DNA of 6,888 bases from Candidatus Helarchaeota ASGARD archaeon Hel_GB_B (GTDB lineage: Archaea > Asgardarchaeota > Lokiarchaeia > Helarchaeales > HEL-GB-B). The first letter of the stretch is position 1. Each line of letters begins with the position of its first letter. Location of the stretch: NCBI GenBank assembly GCA_005191425.1, contig SUPR01000141.1:1-6888 (forward strand). The letters run 5' to 3'. Positions 6,463 to 6,888 of the stretch are shown here, one piece after another. The notes under the pieces were generated by a model. It was given only the letters and a program-made list of their open reading frames with translations. It was not told the origin of the DNA and did no database searches. The translations under genes and the position numbers were made by a program.

Positions 6463-6537
6463 CGGGAGTGACGAGGCTCGAACTCGCGACCTCTTGCGTG
6501 ACAGGCAAGCGCTCTAACCAAACTGAGCTACACCCCC
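6463..6537 (-). tRNA. tRNA-Asp(GTC); CCA not encoded
   Basis: GGGGGTG TAGCTCAGTTTGGTTAGAGC G CTTGC-CT GTC AC-GCAAG AGGTC GCGAG-TTCGAGC-CTCGT CACTCCC G: 7-bp acceptor (one G-U), D, anticodon and T arms all pair; discriminator G; followed by CAA rather than CCA. Confidence 0.97.
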
Positions 6538-6568
6538 ACTTCGCTGAAGCTTCGTGGGGCAGTCCCCA
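6534..6568. repeat. GC-rich palindromic (REP-like) element overlapping the tRNA 5' end
   Basis: CCCCAC-TTCGCTGAAGCTTC-GTGGGG-CAGT-CCCCA: two overlapping hairpins share the GGGG tract; the CTTCGCTGAAGCTTCG core resembles dispersed palindromic repeats I recall from CPR genomes. Confidence 0.5.
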
Positions 6569-6634
6569 TTTGACTATCAACAATTGGCTTGTTTTAAATA
6601 AAATAAAATAGCCGTTTTTGACTATCTGAAAATA

Positions 6635-6663
6635 AGAATAACACGCCTGTTTTTATGTGTCAA
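6635..6663 (-). promoter_or_regulatory. Sigma70 promoter for tRNA-Asp
   Basis: TTGACA (6663-6658), 17-nt spacer ending TGt, TATTCT (6640-6635); predicts a start near 6628 and a leader of about 90 nt. Confidence 0.75.
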
Positions 6664-6692
6664 GATTTTGGTATTTTTTGTAAAATAAATTG

Positions 6693-6731
6693 GACATAGG
6701 CCTTTGAAGGCTTTAAACTATGTCTTTTTTT
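6693..6731. terminator. Terminator-like bulged hairpin
   Basis: GACATAG-GCCTT-TG-AAGGC-(TTTAAA bulge)-CTATGTC followed by T7 on the + strand; weaker CAATTTATTTT tail on the minus strand. Confidence 0.55.
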
Positions 6732-6738
6732 ACTTTTG

Positions 6739-6800
6739 TGAAGAGGATTCCGATGTTAAACATCGGTTTGACGAGCATTAATCATGCTCCCATCTCTTCA
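6739..6800 (-). ncRNA. Candidate three-way-junction small RNA (unassigned)
   Basis: P1 TGAAGAG/CTCTTCA (6739-6745 with 6794-6800), CCGATGT/ACATCGG (6750-6756 with 6760-6766), GAGCAT/ATGCTC (6773-6778 with 6784-6789); all Watson-Crick. Minus-strand TGtTATATT (6814-6806) lies 5 nt upstream of P1. Confidence 0.5.
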
Positions 6801-6852
6801 TCTTTAATATAACACTTAGTTATTAAAACTAGATGAAAATAAAAATGTTTTT

Positions 6853-6888
6853 TTAAATTAAACTATTTATTTGTTCTTCTAATATTTG
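6853..6888 (-). CDS. Possible C-terminal end of a gene entering from the right edge (...QILEEQINSLI*)
   Basis: 11 open codons ending in TAA at 6855-6853 with an amphipathic-looking sequence; too short to assign. Confidence 0.3.
   Translation of the reverse strand, partial: QILEEQINSLI

Noticed and set aside
4294-6537. Integrase, transposase or prophage gene
   Set aside because: No ORF in the window shows recombinase or transposase motifs, so no mobile_element feature is called.
6395-6583. 62-aa minus-strand ORF
   Set aside because: A translation of the tRNA-Asp gene and its flanks.
6768-6793. TTGACGAG resembling the hammerhead CUGANGAG core
   Set aside because: C3 is U and the required GAAA after stem II is missing (TCCCAT instead).

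Overview
AT-rich bacterial window, standard genetic code. The 202-aa repeat protein and the promoter style suggest Patescibacteria/CPR (inference from memory, not searched). Left to right: a minus-strand phospholipase D-family gene running off the left edge (absent from the ORF track); a divergent operon of a DKNYY-repeat lipoprotein, a Cys-repeat lipoprotein and a Nudix hydrolase; a convergent 202-aa membrane-anchored repeat protein; a 374-aa membrane-anchored Cys-rich protein; a convergent 240-aa polytopic membrane protein; tRNA-Asp(GTC) on the minus strand; and a candidate ~62-nt three-way-junction small RNA. The most notable structure lies downstream of tRNA-Asp: two single-gene units, each with its own leaderless-type promoter, are delimited by two degenerate mutually homologous sites (4330-4361, 5604-5635) that resemble the tRNA 3' end and are each followed by a terminator. 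This suggests a tRNA-anchored gene-cassette array or serial integration hotspot. No recombinase is present in the window, so mobility is inferred, not shown.
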